A DNA stretch of 64,000 nucleotides from Felis catus (taxonomy: Eukaryota): NCBI RefSeq assembly GCF_018350175.1, contig NC_058368.1, forward strand, positions 213,840,001-213,904,000. The letters run 5' to 3'. Shown one piece after another: positions 38,983 through 56,270 of this stretch (the first letter of the stretch is position 1; each line of letters opens with the position of its first letter). The notes under the pieces were generated by a model. It was not told where the DNA came from. It did no database searches and saw nothing but the letters and a program-made list of their open reading frames with translations. Position numbers and translations under genes: made by a program.

Positions 38983-39499
38983 TACAGAAAATATTTCTAA
39001 AGAAAAACTTTTCTTCCTCAATACTGAGAAATATATACTTGTTAATACCAAAGCTATAGTCAATGCTTACATTTAAGTCCATTTTCAAGAACTTGCCAAA
39101 ATCTCATGTGTCAGTGATATGTGTATATAATCCAAAACCCTGTATTGTGGTATTCCTCATTGATACTTAGAACACAGATGAAGGATGTCTTTATAAACTT
39201 TTTTTAAATCTTTAAAATTTTTTTTTTATTTTACAGAGACAGAGAGACATAAAGACTCCACACTCAGCACTGAGACTGACTTAGGGCTTGATCCCACGAC
39301 CCTGGGATCATGATCTGAGCCAAAATCAAGAGCTAGACGCTCAAACGAGACACCGAGGTGCCCCTAAACTAAACACCTTATTTGAAATGCCCGGTGATAT
39401 AATTTACCAAATTGGTGGTAGTCAATAGACAGGGACTGAAATTTCATTCAAACAGAATTACAGAGCATGAGAACTAAATGATCTGAATGTTCCTAAAAT

Positions 39500-41270
39500 A
39501 GAAATTGGTGCCCTTTTATTCCACCTGAATTAAAACGATGCTTGAGTCACATCCTAGTTCATGGGAATTATAATAAATGACTACTGAAACAGACTCATAA
39601 GATCAGTGCTATGAACACATTGAGATCATACACAATTAACTAGTGCTACGGTTTGATTTTAAATCTTTATTTTTTTAATTTTTGTTTTTTGTTTTAAATC
39701 TTTAAAATCTCAAAACATACCTTTTTATTTATTTTAGCACACAAAATAATTTACTCATAAAAGTAACATCCGTTTATAGAATTCTAATAAAATTTTTTCA
39801 AAACTTAAAAATAAATAGCACTCTTTTGCAATTCTGATTTTACAGAGAAAACTTTTTGGCACATAAAGTTCTATCAAAATAGAAAGCTGAATCACTTTGC
39901 TTTGCTTTTCACAACAGAAATAGGCATTCACGCTATCAGCCTTGGGAAATTGGTGACGAGAAAAATTCGCAGGAAAATAGCATCATTGGAAAAATGGGAT
40001 CTGGTGCCATCTATTGAGTGGCAATGGTAATGTGATCTTGGGTATTAGCCATCAAATTAGGTAACATACAATTGCAGTTACATGCAGCTGCACATGTACA
40101 CATGTGGTCAAGGCCTGACAGTAACATGCAAAATGAAAACAAATGCTATGTTAGGACTGAGGAATGGATGGATGTTTTTTTTTCCCCCTTTAAATGCCAT
40201 CCTACCTTTTAAAGAAAAAGAAATTATGTAGTGAAAAATAATTGCTGAACATGGGGAATGCTGAAGACGGGAAGACTTTGGTAAATTAAGCAAATGGAAA
40301 GTTCTATGATTTAGAGGGACTCAGATAGGGTCTCTTCCTCACGGGGAGGCTGGTGGAAGGCAGTTATGTCTTTGGGTATTTACCGTAGGTCAGAATTAAG
40401 GATTTACCTTTTTTTCTACTATTTACATTAAAAGCTAGTTTATTTGAAGAAATTATCAACCCAGACTGCCAATAAAGTGGCACTTAGGAACTATAACGAT
40501 AATCGATGCCAATACTGATCATCTGGAGGCACCAAAAACCCTGAAGGGCTTTTCTGATTAGCAAAGAAAATTTTTGTTTTGTTGACTGCTCAAATAGACC
40601 TTCTCCATACCAACAATAACGTGAGTTTGCCACAACAGCTGCACCACAACCCTGACAGTCTTGGAAAGGTAGGATTCCTGCAACATTTTCATGGACTAGC
40701 AAGTTTATTTATTTATTTTCTTGGTAGCTTTTGAGGATGTTACTTTCTTATCCTGCCAGGATGCCTTGAGTTCTAAGAGGATGCCTAAGACATGTTTGTG
40801 GTTGCTCCTTCATAATACTTTTCGTAATCCATAATTTGTTTCTTAGCCATCCCCTAAGAGGGCAGGGGGCCTTGTCTATCCTGTTCATCACCATATACCC
40901 AGCACTTAATTATGTTTGGCACATGTAAATGCTCAATAAATGTCAGTTGGTTGAGTGAATAAATGAATTTTGTACAGTCCAACTGACCTAGGGGGAAAAA
41001 ACAACCCGCACAAAATGAGGAAGACTATGATGGAAAGGAAGAAAAATAAGCAACAATCAATTGGGGGGGGAGGGTAGAACTGATGTAAAAAAAAAAAAAA
41101 TTGTCATCATTCAACAACTGATAAGATCTGTTTGAGATTCAAACTATCTGAAAGATTTTAACAAAGTTAATATAAAAACAAAAGTCTTCTCTGGAAGACT
41201 CATTTATAATAAGTTAATGAAAACCCTGTTATTACATCAAGATGTTATAGGAACCTAGTGTTGTGTTGTT
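39500..41270 (-). other. Probable C5orf22 3'UTR (end uncertain)
   Basis: Mostly unique AT-rich sequence after the stop; several minus-strand AATAAA candidates (tttatt near 40704, 39724, 39666, 39515); the site actually used cannot be determined. Confidence 0.5.
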
Positions 41271-41555
<285 letters not shown>

Positions 41556-43757
41556 TTACTCTATGTCAGGTACATTACATTATATTCTTTAATCTTCTCA
41601 GCAACTCTATGAAATAGGTACTTTTACTATCCCTTTAAAGGAATCTAAACAGAAAGATTAACCTGCATAAGTCACATAGCTAGTAAGTGCTAGTGACAGG
41701 ATTCAAAATGACACAGCATGCTTCAAAGCCTCAGTGCTTTATCATTAGACTGCTGTTTCCCTTAGAGGGAGATATGGGAAATACTGGGGGTTCTTAAGTG
41801 AGTGGACATCTTTCCTATCCTTTTATTATGGGCACACTAGGGCTAGAAATTACAAGGGTAGAGTCTTCCCAACTGATAATAGGTTTCTACTTCTACAAAC
41901 TATTTGTTAACAAGCATACAGAATTATCCAGAATCAAATGTGGAGATGTGCTGGTACTAGTTTCCTAGATGGTATTAAGGAGAAAAGAGCAAAGTAGGAT
42001 AAGGCAGGAATCTGTATCTTGGTGACTCTTTGTAGAATCATCAACTACAACTTTAGTTACCAACTAGTTACAGTGCCACTGACAATTATAGCCAGATTAA
42101 GTTCTGAAATGACTTGAACAGCGTCTCCTGGTTCTGGACTCGAGTGAGGAAAGCCATTTGAGGAGGATGGATTGGAAAGAGTGGCATAGAAATCTTTATG
42201 GAAGGAAATGGGAGGGGTGTCTGGACGGCTCAGTCAGTTAAGTGTCCAACTCTTGATTTCAGCTCAGGTCATGATCTCCCGGCTGTGGGACTGAGCTCTG
42301 AACTCGGCTCTGAGCTGACAGTGTGTAGCCTGCTTGAGATTCTCTCTTTCCCTCTCTCCCTCTCCCCACCCCCCCACTCTCTCTCTTTCTCAAAATAAAT
42401 AAAAATTAAAAACAACTTAAAAAGGGGTGACTGGGTGTCTCAATTGGTTAAACGTCCAACTTTGGGTCAGGTCATGATCTCACTGCTCTTGAGTTTGAGC
42501 TCCGCGTTTAGCTCTGTGCTGACAACTCAAAGCCTGGAGCCTGCTTGGGATCCTGTGTCTCCCTCTCTCTCTGCCCCTCCCCGCTCATGCTCTCTCTCAA
42601 AAATAAATAAAAAACATTTAAAAAGACACAAAAACTTAAAAAGAAAAGAAGGAAATGGAATTAGTTATCTAGTCCTTGTCACAAGTATTTTAGACCTAAA
42701 TAATCTGTGAGACATAATCTGTGAGACTTCTGATAAACTCATTCTATTCTCTGGTGATCAGGTTATTTTTGAGACTAGATGTAAATATTTAACACACAAT
42801 AAATAAGACAGAGCGATTAAAATTATTAAATACTACCTAATATATACATATGGATAAAGACCTACTTCAAGAAAGTATCATATATAAAAGTTTAATTTAT
42901 AAGCCTCAATCAGTCAAAGCTTTCTGGCTTCTTTAAAACAGAGTAGTTCTTGATGGAAACTACCCCCAAGATGTAGTTTTGGAAGTCTGTTGGTGCATTT
43001 TTGATTGTCACAATGACAACCGAAGGGCCAAGGTGAGACGGCAGGGCTGCTAAAATGCTTGCAACATGCAGGACAGTCCTGCACTATGAATGTGAATATG
43101 AATACTTGTCCTGTGTCCTACATACTTTTTTCCAAAGTTCATGGAGCACTCACATAAGTGAAAACCATTTTTAATTTTTTGAGCCTAGAATTTAATACTC
43201 TTTTACATATGAACAAAGTATTTTTGAAAATGAATTAAATATAAACTAAATTTCTCAAGAATGCAACTACTCTGTGTATTGAGGGAAGATTGAACTTTAA
43301 GCTTAGAACTTTACCAGGAAATTGTTATGACCAGAAAAAACATGTCACATGGGGCACCTGGGTGACTCTGTCAGTTAAGCATCTGACTCTTGATTTCAGC
43401 TCAGGTCATGATCTCACAGTTCGTGAGACTGAGCTCCACATCAGGCTCAGTGTTCACAGTGCAGAGCCTGCTTGGGATTCTCTCTCCCTCTCTCAAAACA
43501 AATAAATAAACTTAAAAACAAACAAACAAACATGTCACTATGGCAGTGCTGTTAGGGTATTTGGCCAATACATCACGTGATTATCTGTCTGCATTTGTAA
43601 CTGTTACATTTAGAGACTCCTTGTAAAGATGCTAGTCTTGTGTGGCATTTTAATACATATTATTTTATCAATTACTTTTATTTCTTTTATGTTAGGATTT
43701 TCTTGTGTGTACACACATATAAACATATGTTTAAAATTATGTGTACAGGTATATTAT

Positions 43758-44075
43758 TGCTATAGAATAAATGTTTGTGTCCCGCCAAATTCGTATATTG
43801 AATCCAATCTTCAATGTCATCATATTTTGATTAGATCACAAGGGTGGACCCCTCACGAATGAGATTAGTGCTGTTATAAGAGACCCCAGAGACCTCCTTC
43901 ATGAGGTTTACAGGGAGAAGATGGCTGTGAACCAGGAAGCAGGTCTTTACCACACTGAATCTGTTAGTAACTTTATCTTAGACCACCCAGCCTCCAGGAC
44001 TGTGAGAAATGGATTTCTCTTGTTTATAAGCCACCTGGTCTATGATATGTTTCTTAATGCAGCCTGAATGAACTA
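43758..44075 (+). mobile_element. MaLR LTR (MLT1A/B-like) nested in a DNA-transposon relic (~42940-44145)
   Basis: TGCTAT..AATGTTTGTGTCCC..CAGCCTCCAGGACTGTGAGAAAT..TTGTTTATAAGCCACC. Confidence 0.7.
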
Positions 44076-44469
44076 TGTAGGTTAGATCACCTATGAATTT
44101 CATTTCAGGATGGTAAAAGGAGGTTACAAAATATTTGTCATAAAATATATAAAGTACTAACCTCATAGTTCCATACAAAACCAGCCCAAAGATGAACACA
44201 GAAAAGTTTCATTAAATTGTTGTAACTATTCAGCAATTATGTTCAAATTTAAAAAATGGCAGCAGCTAAATATTCATTTGTAGGACAAAGAAATAGGAAT
44301 TCTTGTGTTCATCTGAATAGTATCACCAACTTCAAAGACAAGATAATAAGAATTGCATGTTTTTTGCCAACCATCACTAAGAGGAAAGAGCAAATACAAC
44401 ATCTGAATTTTGAGCTGAGTAGGTAAAAAATTGGTTAGTAATAGTAATCATTAGATTAACCTGTGGAAA

Positions 44470-44910
44470 CTATTAATTTCTTATGGCAGCTGTAACAAAT
44501 TGCCACAAATTTAGCAGCTTAAAGCAACACAAAATTACTACCTTACAGTCTTGTTGGAGATGAGAAGTCCTATAATAGAGGGGCTAGCACGGCTGCATTC
44601 TTCTCTAGGTTCTAGGGGAGAATGTTTGTCTTTCCAGTTTCTGGAGGCTGTCTGCATTCCTTAGCCCGAGGCCCTATCCTCCATCTTCTAAGCCAGTAGC
44701 CTAGCATCTTCCAATTTCTCGAATTCTGACCCTCTTAAAATGACCACTGTGATCACACTGGTCCACTGGATAACCCAAGGTATTCTCATTTCAAGATCCT
44801 TGAGTTAATTACAACTGCAAGGTCCCTTTTCCTATAGAAGGTTACATATCCGCAGGTTCTGGAGATTAGGATGTGAACATCTTTGGCGTACCACTATTCA
44901 GGCTACCACA
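44470..44910 (-). mobile_element. MaLR LTR (MLT1D-like) abutting the exon-8 donor
   Basis: Minus strand starts TGTGGTAGCCTGAATAGTGG..CCAAAGATGTTCACATCCTAATC; similar to the 16996 element. Confidence 0.75.
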
Positions 44911-44914
44911 CTTA

Positions 44915-45070
<156 letters not shown>

Positions 45071-46782
45071 TTAAGAATTACACTATAAGGCTTTATTGTT
45101 TTTAGAAAATTCTTTAACCATTAGAGGACTTGCTGATACATTTTTTAATAATATTGTGGACTGGGATTGTTTTTTCCTTAACAGCTTCTGTGTCACAGAA
45201 GTTACCTATTCTCTCAAGTTTTGAAAGAACTGTCCTGTACATCTGTTTGGGCCTGATGCCTTTTGTAGGAATAACTCCTTAACTATTTTTTTTATTTTAT
45301 AATTATGGATTAATTCAGTTTCTGTCTTTACTTGAGTCTATTTTGACAATTCATATTATCTAGCAAATTATCTATTACACCTAGATTCTAAAAGCTGATA
45401 TAAAATTGTACATAATATTCTGGTTTTACCTTTTCTTTCAACATATTATTTTTAAAATACATGCATGTACTGCTATATTCAAAGTTTTAAGAGGATACAA
45501 GGGAGAGTTTTCCTCCTGTCACCAGTTCCTTATATATCCTTTATGTACAATCAAATAGTACTGACATACATTTATGTGTCTTAAATGTAAATGACTGATG
45601 TTCCAGTCTCATAGCACTAAACTGTGCCTGAAAGCTAGAAGTGGCTCACAGGCTAACATTTTATAGCTTTTGCTTGAAGTTTTGAAAATTGGAACTCAAG
45701 TATGTCACTGTTTTGCCTACTGTATATAAGTGCAAAGCATGGAAAAAAACCATTAATCTGATATTTTATTGGAGGTTCTGAATACACATAAAAAATTTAA
45801 CTAGGAATAATCCTCGTAGTAAAATGATATGAATGTTCTTTTCTACTGAACTGATCAAAACACTTTTAGTGTTCCAACCCTGCAGCTATAGGCACATCAT
45901 ATTTGATTACATTATCTGCAACCAAGCCCATGCCATCCCTTCTGTCTTTCAACAAACAATGTACAAACCACTCCCAACCAGTGGAAAATCCAGATGTAAT
46001 GATTATAGCAGACCTGCATGAAGGCACATTCAATAATGTCATGTGAACTCAAAACATTTTTAAATCCTAAGGATCTTCTAACTCTATCACTCTTAATAAC
46101 TGCCATGAAAAAACGGGTGGACTAAGGCGTCTGGACTAGCTCCAATTTAAGCAAAATATTCTTTTGCTAATATTTTTTATTCTTATAAAGTTGGCATTAA
46201 ATCAATACATAAACTTCAGTTCAAGTAAGGTGGTTTAATTGTATTCCATAACTAAATAAAACACTAGAACAAAACAATTTATTGGAAGTAAAAGCAGCAG
46301 CAGGAGTAAAAGAAGACTTATAGGTCTTAGTTTTAGCACAAAATCTGAGAAAAGGCACTTGAACTTCAAATAGGAAATAGTATGCCTCAAATACTGAAAA
46401 ATGATATAAAAATAAAAGAAATTATCATTAGAAGTATTCACTTTTGCCATAGCTTTCAGGTCACTGTTGGCAAAGTCAGCAATACAGCTGATACGGCTGA
46501 GATGTACTTGTCAGAACACCTTCTTTTATCTTTCTGCTTGGTTTTTATAATCAGGAAAGTTTTTAGAGGGAGGAAAGAAAGAAGGAGGAAGGGAGTATAA
46601 AAATGAATCAATAAAGAAGGGATACCTTTAGAAAGCTTATTTTTTTGGAAAACTTTTCCAATGTTCTGACTTCTAAGAAGTGTGTATTTTTTCATTTCTT
46701 CTCATTTTTTAAAAATAATTCATTTACACTTCCCTGGTACACAAATAAAAGCAAACCACTTAAATAAAAAGTACTTTTTCTA

Positions 46783-46929
<147 letters not shown>

Positions 46930-47771
46930 TCACACCACCTCAACTAAAATTACAGAAGCAAATGATAGATAAGTAACATTTAAAGTATATCTTTAACAAT
47001 ACATTTCACATGATTGAGAAATGAAAGATAAAGATATTCAAATATCATCTTAAAATATTAAGAAATAAATGTTGTTTTTTCTTACCTAAAAAAGTATTCA
47101 TTGTGTTAAACGTTGAAAATTAACACTCAAGAAACTAGTTTTCCTCTTTTTTAAAAATAGAAGCTCTACTGTAATTTAAAATTATTTTGATCAATAAGAA
47201 AACTAAGTGCCTTGAGCACATGGTGTTGAAAAAGTTACCCAAAAGTTCAAAAAAAAATTAAGAATATATTTATTGACATACACAATTACACCTGGGAAAG
47301 TTCTATACCATTTAGTATACTAACACTAGTGCCTTTAAGTCATTTAAATTTTATTTATTATTTATTTTTGATGATTTTATTTTTGAGAGAGAGAGTGCAC
47401 GCAAGCAAGTGGGGGAGAGGCAGAGAGAGATGGAGATAGAATCTGAAGCAGGCTCCAGGCTCTGAGCTGTCGGCACAAAGCTTGACATGGGGCTTGAACT
47501 CGTGAACCACGAGATCATGACCTGAGCAGAAGTTGGACTTTTAACCAATTGAGCCAACCAGGTGCCCATTATTAAATTTAAATAGAACTCTTTGGGAGTC
47601 CTGACTGATGTTTCTAGTATTTTGCCTTCCCCATCAATATCTATGCAACTGCTAGGAGGGAAAAAAGAAAGAGGGGGTCATGGAGACCTATCTATCCACT
47701 CATTCTGTTACTCTTTTATGAAAAAACTTTCTGGTCTTCTAGACCCTAATCACCTACTTTATTTAATTCTT

Positions 47772-47858
47772 TTTTTTTTTTTCTTTCTGAGGGTAGGAAC
47801 CCCTGCCCATTTATTATTATTTTTTTAATATGAAACTTATTGTCAAATTGGTTTCCAT
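47772..47858 (-). mobile_element. Extremely truncated L1 3' end with a short extra 3' tag
   Basis: AATATGAAACTTATTGTCAAATTGGTTTCCAT matches the L1 3' terminus at ~28107-28140; flanked by an 18-nt imperfect TSD. Confidence 0.8.
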
Positions 47859-48896
47859 CTACTTTATGTACTTCTTAAGGAACAGTGAAGACTCCTTCAT
47901 GCTGAGGGTCTGGCTCTTCAGGGGCATGGTAAGTTTGGGAAGATTCTTCTTGCTGTCTTACCCACTTTTCCTTTGTGCTATTCTATTTTCCCTCCATTCC
48001 AATCATGGTCTGGACTCATTTCTGTTGTAGCCTCATTGTTTCTTCAACTCTGTGACAGAACTCTGCAGGTGCTGAAGAGTTAACTGGGCATGCTTACCAG
48101 GCACAGTGGGTTTCAGTGAAAGTGGCCCCATCTATAGGCTAGATCCAGGACTCCAAGGCTTTCATGCTATTTTAAGTTTTAAACTCAGCTTGAGACATCA
48201 CAAATTCACAAAATAGTAGGTACTTTTCAATATTTCTAGGAAGAATCATGTTCTGTGAGATATTTCTAGATCTCCCTCTTCCATCATAATTTCAAGAAGG
48301 AGGGAATCATTTTTTGAATGAGTTCCCTATACTGAAGAAGAAGAGCATTAACTGATGTTAAAGTGCCTGGTCAATATTTATTGATGTGATGAATACAATT
48401 ATGGTTTTTATTCCATACTACTCTTCTTTTAGAGATAATAAAGTTTTATAATGTTTGTATTTCAGGGAGGTTTCTCAATATTTGAAACAAAAATTACACT
48501 GAATATTTTGAATAGGTAATACATACACATAGCAAAAGATATTTCTCCCTCATAACTTCATCTATTAGCCATACAATTCCTCTCTCCAGAGGCAACCTCT
48601 ATTCCAGTTTCCTATGTATTCTTCTAGAAATCTGATGAATTATTACCAATAACAATGACATAATAAGCCTTAGTGGCCCAAAGTACTATGATTCTAACTT
48701 TCTAATTTATGTTGGTATCTTATGACTGATTTCTTACATTTACACTGTGGAGAATAATCTGTGAGAGATCAATTTGAAAATAAGCTAGTTCTGGTCTTCC
48801 TATGCTCATGGGGACAAAAAAGTTGATGTCTGATGGTTCCATTTTAGTTTTCAGGCTTTTTGTTGAGTCTATATGATTTAAAGAATTATTTCAAAG

Positions 48897-49760
48897 ACTC
48901 AACATCACTAATCATTAAGGAAATGCAAACCAACACCACAGTAAGAAATTACCTCACATAAGTCAGAATGGCTAGTATCAAAGAACAAGAAAAGAACAAG
49001 TGTCGGTGAGGATGTGGAGAAAAGGAAGCCTTTGTGCACTGTCTGTAAAAATGTAAACTGGTACAGCCACTATGGAAAACAGTATGGAGGTTCCTCAAAA
49101 AATTAAAAATAGAAATACCATATGATCCAGTAATTCCACTACTTGGTATTTATTCAAAGAAAACAAACACTAATTTGAAAAGATATATCCACTCCTATTG
49201 TTACTGCAGTATTATTTGTTATAGTCAAGATATGAAAGCAACCCAAGTGTCCATCGATAGACAAATGAATAAAGAAAATGTAAGACAGATATATGCACAT
49301 ACACATGTCTATGTATACAATGGAATATTACCCAGACATAAAAAAAGAATGAAATCTTAATATTTATGACAACATGGATGAACCTAGAGTATCATGCTCA
49401 GTGAAGTAAGTTTGATAAGTACCACATGATTTCACTTGTGCAATCTAAAGCAGGACAAATGAACAAACAAAAACAGAAACAGACTCATAAATACAGAGAA
49501 CCAGTGGCTGCCAGAGGGGGTGGGGAGACAGGTGAAACAGGTGAGGGGATTAAGAGGTCCAAATTTCCAGTTATAAAAATAAGTCACAGGAATAAAAACT
49601 AAAGCATAGGGAATACAGTAAATGGTATAATAATATTGTATAGTAACAGGTGGTAACCACATTTATTGTGGTGAGCACTGTAGAATATATCGAATTGTCG
49701 ATTCATTATGTTGTATACCTGAGACTAATATAATATTGTACGTCAACTACACTTCACTAG
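48897..49760 (+). mobile_element. Older L1 3' fragment in C5orf22 intron 6
   Basis: Degenerate ORF2 C-terminus (CACTATGGAAAACAGTATGGAGGTTCCTCAAAAAATTAAAAATAGAA) and L1MA/carnivore-type 3'UTR end. Confidence 0.85.
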
Positions 49761-50602
49761 AAAAAAACAGAATTAGTTCCAAGAAAAGTACACTATTTAT
49801 GTCAACATTTTTTCAAACTTGCTTTTTAACACTAAAGGCACTCTTCACCCCACCCTATAAATCGACAAATGATCACACGAAAAGAACTTTCTCTTCACGT
49901 TTTCAAGGTAATGTTAATGCTGAGACAATTGGCCAAATAGATGACCTGATGAAGAATCCAGCTTTCAAATCGTGCTTCCTCATATGATGGGCAGTTTTGA
50001 CCTTTTACTCATATTGGGTTATCCTTAAAAGGAAGCAAATTTTCACATTTTAATTTACTAATCTAGTAATTTACTTTTTTATTGATAATTTTTTTTTCTT
50101 ACTCTCCTTTGAATGGGGGCTGTCTTACAAATCATTAATCTTCTGTAAGACCCAGCATCACATCTTATAGGGGCAGCTACTGCACAATGATTAAAAGCAT
50201 ACCCACTTACTATGGGACTCAGAGCAACTTAAACCTCTGTGTCTTAGCTTCCTCACCTATAAAATGAACACAAAGTCTTAAGATTGTTAGAAGGAATAAA
50301 TGAGGTAAATGCAAGAAAAAAATCTTACAACTGGGCATATAGATAGCACCTAGTAAAGGCTAACTATTGCTAGTAAATTTGTGTTGGCATTTTTAAGATA
50401 CTATTTTTAAGTAAGCACTACACCCGATGTGGGGCTCCAACTCACAACCCTGAGATCAAGCATCACATGCTCTAGAAACTGAGCCAGCCAGCATCCTTGT
50501 GTTGGCATTTAATACTAATTTTTAAAAAGTAATTTATCTAGCAAACTTAACAATATATCTAGGACTGAAATAAAGTTGGGGAAAAAATGTTTCAAGGTCT
50601 TA

Positions 50603-50782
<180 letters not shown>

Positions 50783-50845
50783 TTACAATGAAAATATCAG
50801 TTCAATTAGTTAAACCATGACTTGTAAGTACTAACCATGGGTTTA

Positions 50846-51082
<237 letters not shown>

Positions 51083-53093
51083 TTAAGTAAAAATGGCTGT
51101 GATATTAGGAAGACAGATAATTATTTAAAAATCAGTCTGTGAAAATCCAGCAAATGTATAGTTCAGATATCATTATAAACACTGTCATTTCTATACTGAC
51201 AAGAATGTATGAAATAGCTATGGAAAAGACTTGATATGAAAGAAGATTTTTAATAATATTCTACTCTATAAATTGGTACATCTTAGGATCTAAACAGATT
51301 TTCGCTATTTACAGGAAATATACATGTCCTGAATAACAAAAGAACGCTCTATGTTCACTTTGCAGCCCTTTCCCTAGCTGCAAAAGAGAACCCTGAAGTT
51401 CAAAGGTGATAGGGGAGGCAGTTACAATGGAAGAAGGATACTTTCTAAGCACTGACTTTGCAGGAGAGTGTCTCTCTTCATTCAGCACACTAAATAGCCC
51501 CATTATACATGGGTATATCTGGCCCCAAAATCCCATTTAGGAGTATTGTTGTGAAGAAATTATATGCAAGAGCTGAAGTTCACAAAGCACAATGTTGTGC
51601 CATTACCCTCATTGTAATAATCCTGTGACTTGGGTGTGATTATTTTGATTTTATACTTGAACTGTGGGTCAGAAAGGTTAAGTAACTTTCCCAAGAAGCG
51701 ATAAGCAGAAGCAACAAACAGAACTTAACTCACTCTGGACTTCTGCACATGCTCTTTAAAAAGGTAAACAAGTGACTTTAACTACATTAAAAAAAAGTCT
51801 ATTAAATTATAAAGTATACTACATGCTCTTTTCCAAAAGTTCCATAGTACCAAATGGTATAAAGGATACAAAAATCTCCACTACCCAGGTTTCCTGATAG
51901 TACTGGAAAAGGAATACCTGCCATTAAGTTCCTTATGTAACTTTTTAGAAATTTTCATTAAAAATATCTGATGAGTATATTTGTAAAATAAATTCCTAAA
52001 GTCAGTTTCTTCAGCTTTCAGACACGCCTATTCTTCAAGTTTTCTAAATAGCTCTAAGGTCATTTCATAATTCTAAGAACTTGTGGTTATAGTCACTGGC
52101 TCCACATACAACAGCAGAAAGAAATAGCGATTTTTCTCCCTTATTTACAAGTTGGGAAAATACTCTAGGTCCCCCATTCTTGTTCCAGATTACACTAAAT
52201 CCTCAAATCTTACCTATTTTTAATCATTACCTACTTAGAGGTCTTCAATAACTTAGATAACCACCATGGCTTCTTATACGTACATATTATGATTGTAAGG
52301 TGCAGCATCGTTGTTATAATCAAACACTGAATTTGGGTAGAAAGAATACAGTTGATCTGAATCACTGAAATAGGTCTGAATAACCTCCCAAATGTTGAAG
52401 TAAGCAGTTGTGCCCATAAAATGCACCTAGGAATGCTCATTTGGATCATGAATTTACCAGTTTCTTAAATGCCTAGTTCTATCTCAGATCTGTGCATACT
52501 AATATTGTCTGGTGATTTGCATTTAAGATCTGATGAGGTACCCTACGGATTGGAGGCCTGAATCATTAGCTGCAAATAGTACATGTGTGATCAGGCACCT
52601 GATTCAGATTTTTCAGTGAAAAATCTGTCACACAGGGCTTTCTTTACATGTATAGAATATCTCTGGAAAGATACACCAAGAAACTGGTGATGTTTCTTTC
52701 TGAGGTAAGAAACTGAGGAAATGGGGATGGGGTGAGAAAGTGACATTCTTTAATGTATATATTTTCTTACACTATATGATTTTAGTTTTTTCAACTACCC
52801 ATGTACGTATTACCTCAATAAATACAAAATAAATACTATCTAGAGCAGGGATTTGCAACCTGCAGCTCACAACCTGTTTTTGTATGGCCTTCAAGTTAAG
52901 AAAGGTACATATAAACTTCAATTAAAAAAAAAAGGTATGTATAATTTAAAAACGTTTAAATACAACAAGGAAGAATGTGTGATAGAGACCATATGGGACC
53001 CCCAATAAAGTAATTAATATCTGGTTGTTTGCAGAAAATTTGCTGAGCCCTGATCTAGAGAAATGTCATACAATCCTCAAGATCTACATTTTA

Positions 53094-53546
<453 letters not shown>

Positions 53547-54098
53547 TTAGAGGAAAAAACTATTTTAAAGACAAATGGACAACTTTGCTGACATTTCATA
53601 TAGTATTTCCAAAGCACTCAGAAATGTAACAAAGAACATATTTAACAAAAGCTAAGAGCTATCCCTACTTTTTGTAATTCCTGTTCTTCTGCAGAAATAG
53701 CATTCCCCAAATTTTTAGCTGGGCACACAACTGCCCAAAGTAAAGATTGTTAAGTAAAGATTTCATAATCTACCTTGCAGCCAGGTGTGGCCAATTGACT
53801 AAGTTCTGGCCTAAGGCTGTGAATGGAAAAGAAGTGTATAAAACCTTGCTCTCCTCTCCTCACTGACTGGCATATGAACATGGAAGTGGCAAGCCCACCT
53901 TGGACTATGAGGACAAAGGCAATACTCTAGAGATGAAGCAAAAAGATAAAAGGAACTGGAGTTGCTGAACTGGTAAACTGCCACAAAGGCCCTGGGCTGC
54001 ATGTGGTAAACTCTAATATGAGAAAGAAATAAATGATCTTCTTTAATTAACCTAGTGTGTGTGTGTTTTTTTTTAACTTAAAAAAAATATTTATTTTT

Positions 54099-54138
<40 letters not shown>

Positions 54139-55124
54139 TGAGCGAGGAAGGGGCACAGAGAGAAAGAGACACAGAATCTAAAGCAGGCTCCAGGCTCTGA
54201 GCTATCAGTAGAATCTGACGCAGGGCTTGAACTCATGAACTGTGAGATCATGACCTGAGCCGAAGTCGGAGGCTTAATCAAATGAGCCACCAAGGGGCCC
54301 CTTTAAGCTAGTGTTTTGGAGCTCATATCAGCTGAAACTTTAACCAAATAATCACTTACGAGAAAAATTGTATCTGGAAATAATTTCTCTTAACAGAAAC
54401 TTCCTCTGATGTGTTTCAAAGCTTTGTCAAATTTTATATGAACATATTTTAATATCAAAAGCAACTTAAAAATGTTATACATATGCAGAATGCATTTTAC
54501 AAGTTACAGATTAATTACAGTATTGCAATACACATAAAACATTGGTTAAACTGCTTACACAACAAAAATAGTTGCACATGTAACTCAAGTCAGAGAATGC
54601 TGTAATTTAATTTAGGTTAATTAACTAAAGCTAGTCATAGTACTAAAATGAAAACTCCAAATCTACTTTTTAGTTATTGGATTTACAAAAAAAACCAAAA
54701 AAAAACCCAAAAAAAACAAAAACCCAAAATGAGATAATTTTGCTTTTCCAGTGCTGTTAAATTCAGTGGACAATAGTTATATTGTAAGGAAATGGCATTT
54801 CCTTAAATATATAAATCATTAAATATATGTATCTATAAGGTATTTCACTGATTTAACGGAATTAGTCATCAATGGAGCCAGAATTCCAGAAGATGGAGAC
54901 CATATTATTCAAAACCAACTTGACTAGCAACAAAATATAAATGATATGTGAAGAAGGTCCAGAGACATGAAAGCTTGGTTCCTGGTGTTTTGAGAACTAT
55001 TTAAATACTTGAGGCTTAATCTGACCCTATCTGTATGTAGAAAACTTACAAGTTATTATGGGGATTCAAAGTAAGATAAAAGAAGAACTCATTCCCTTTC
55101 ACACTCACAAATATGATGAAATTA

Positions 55125-56270
<1,146 letters not shown>

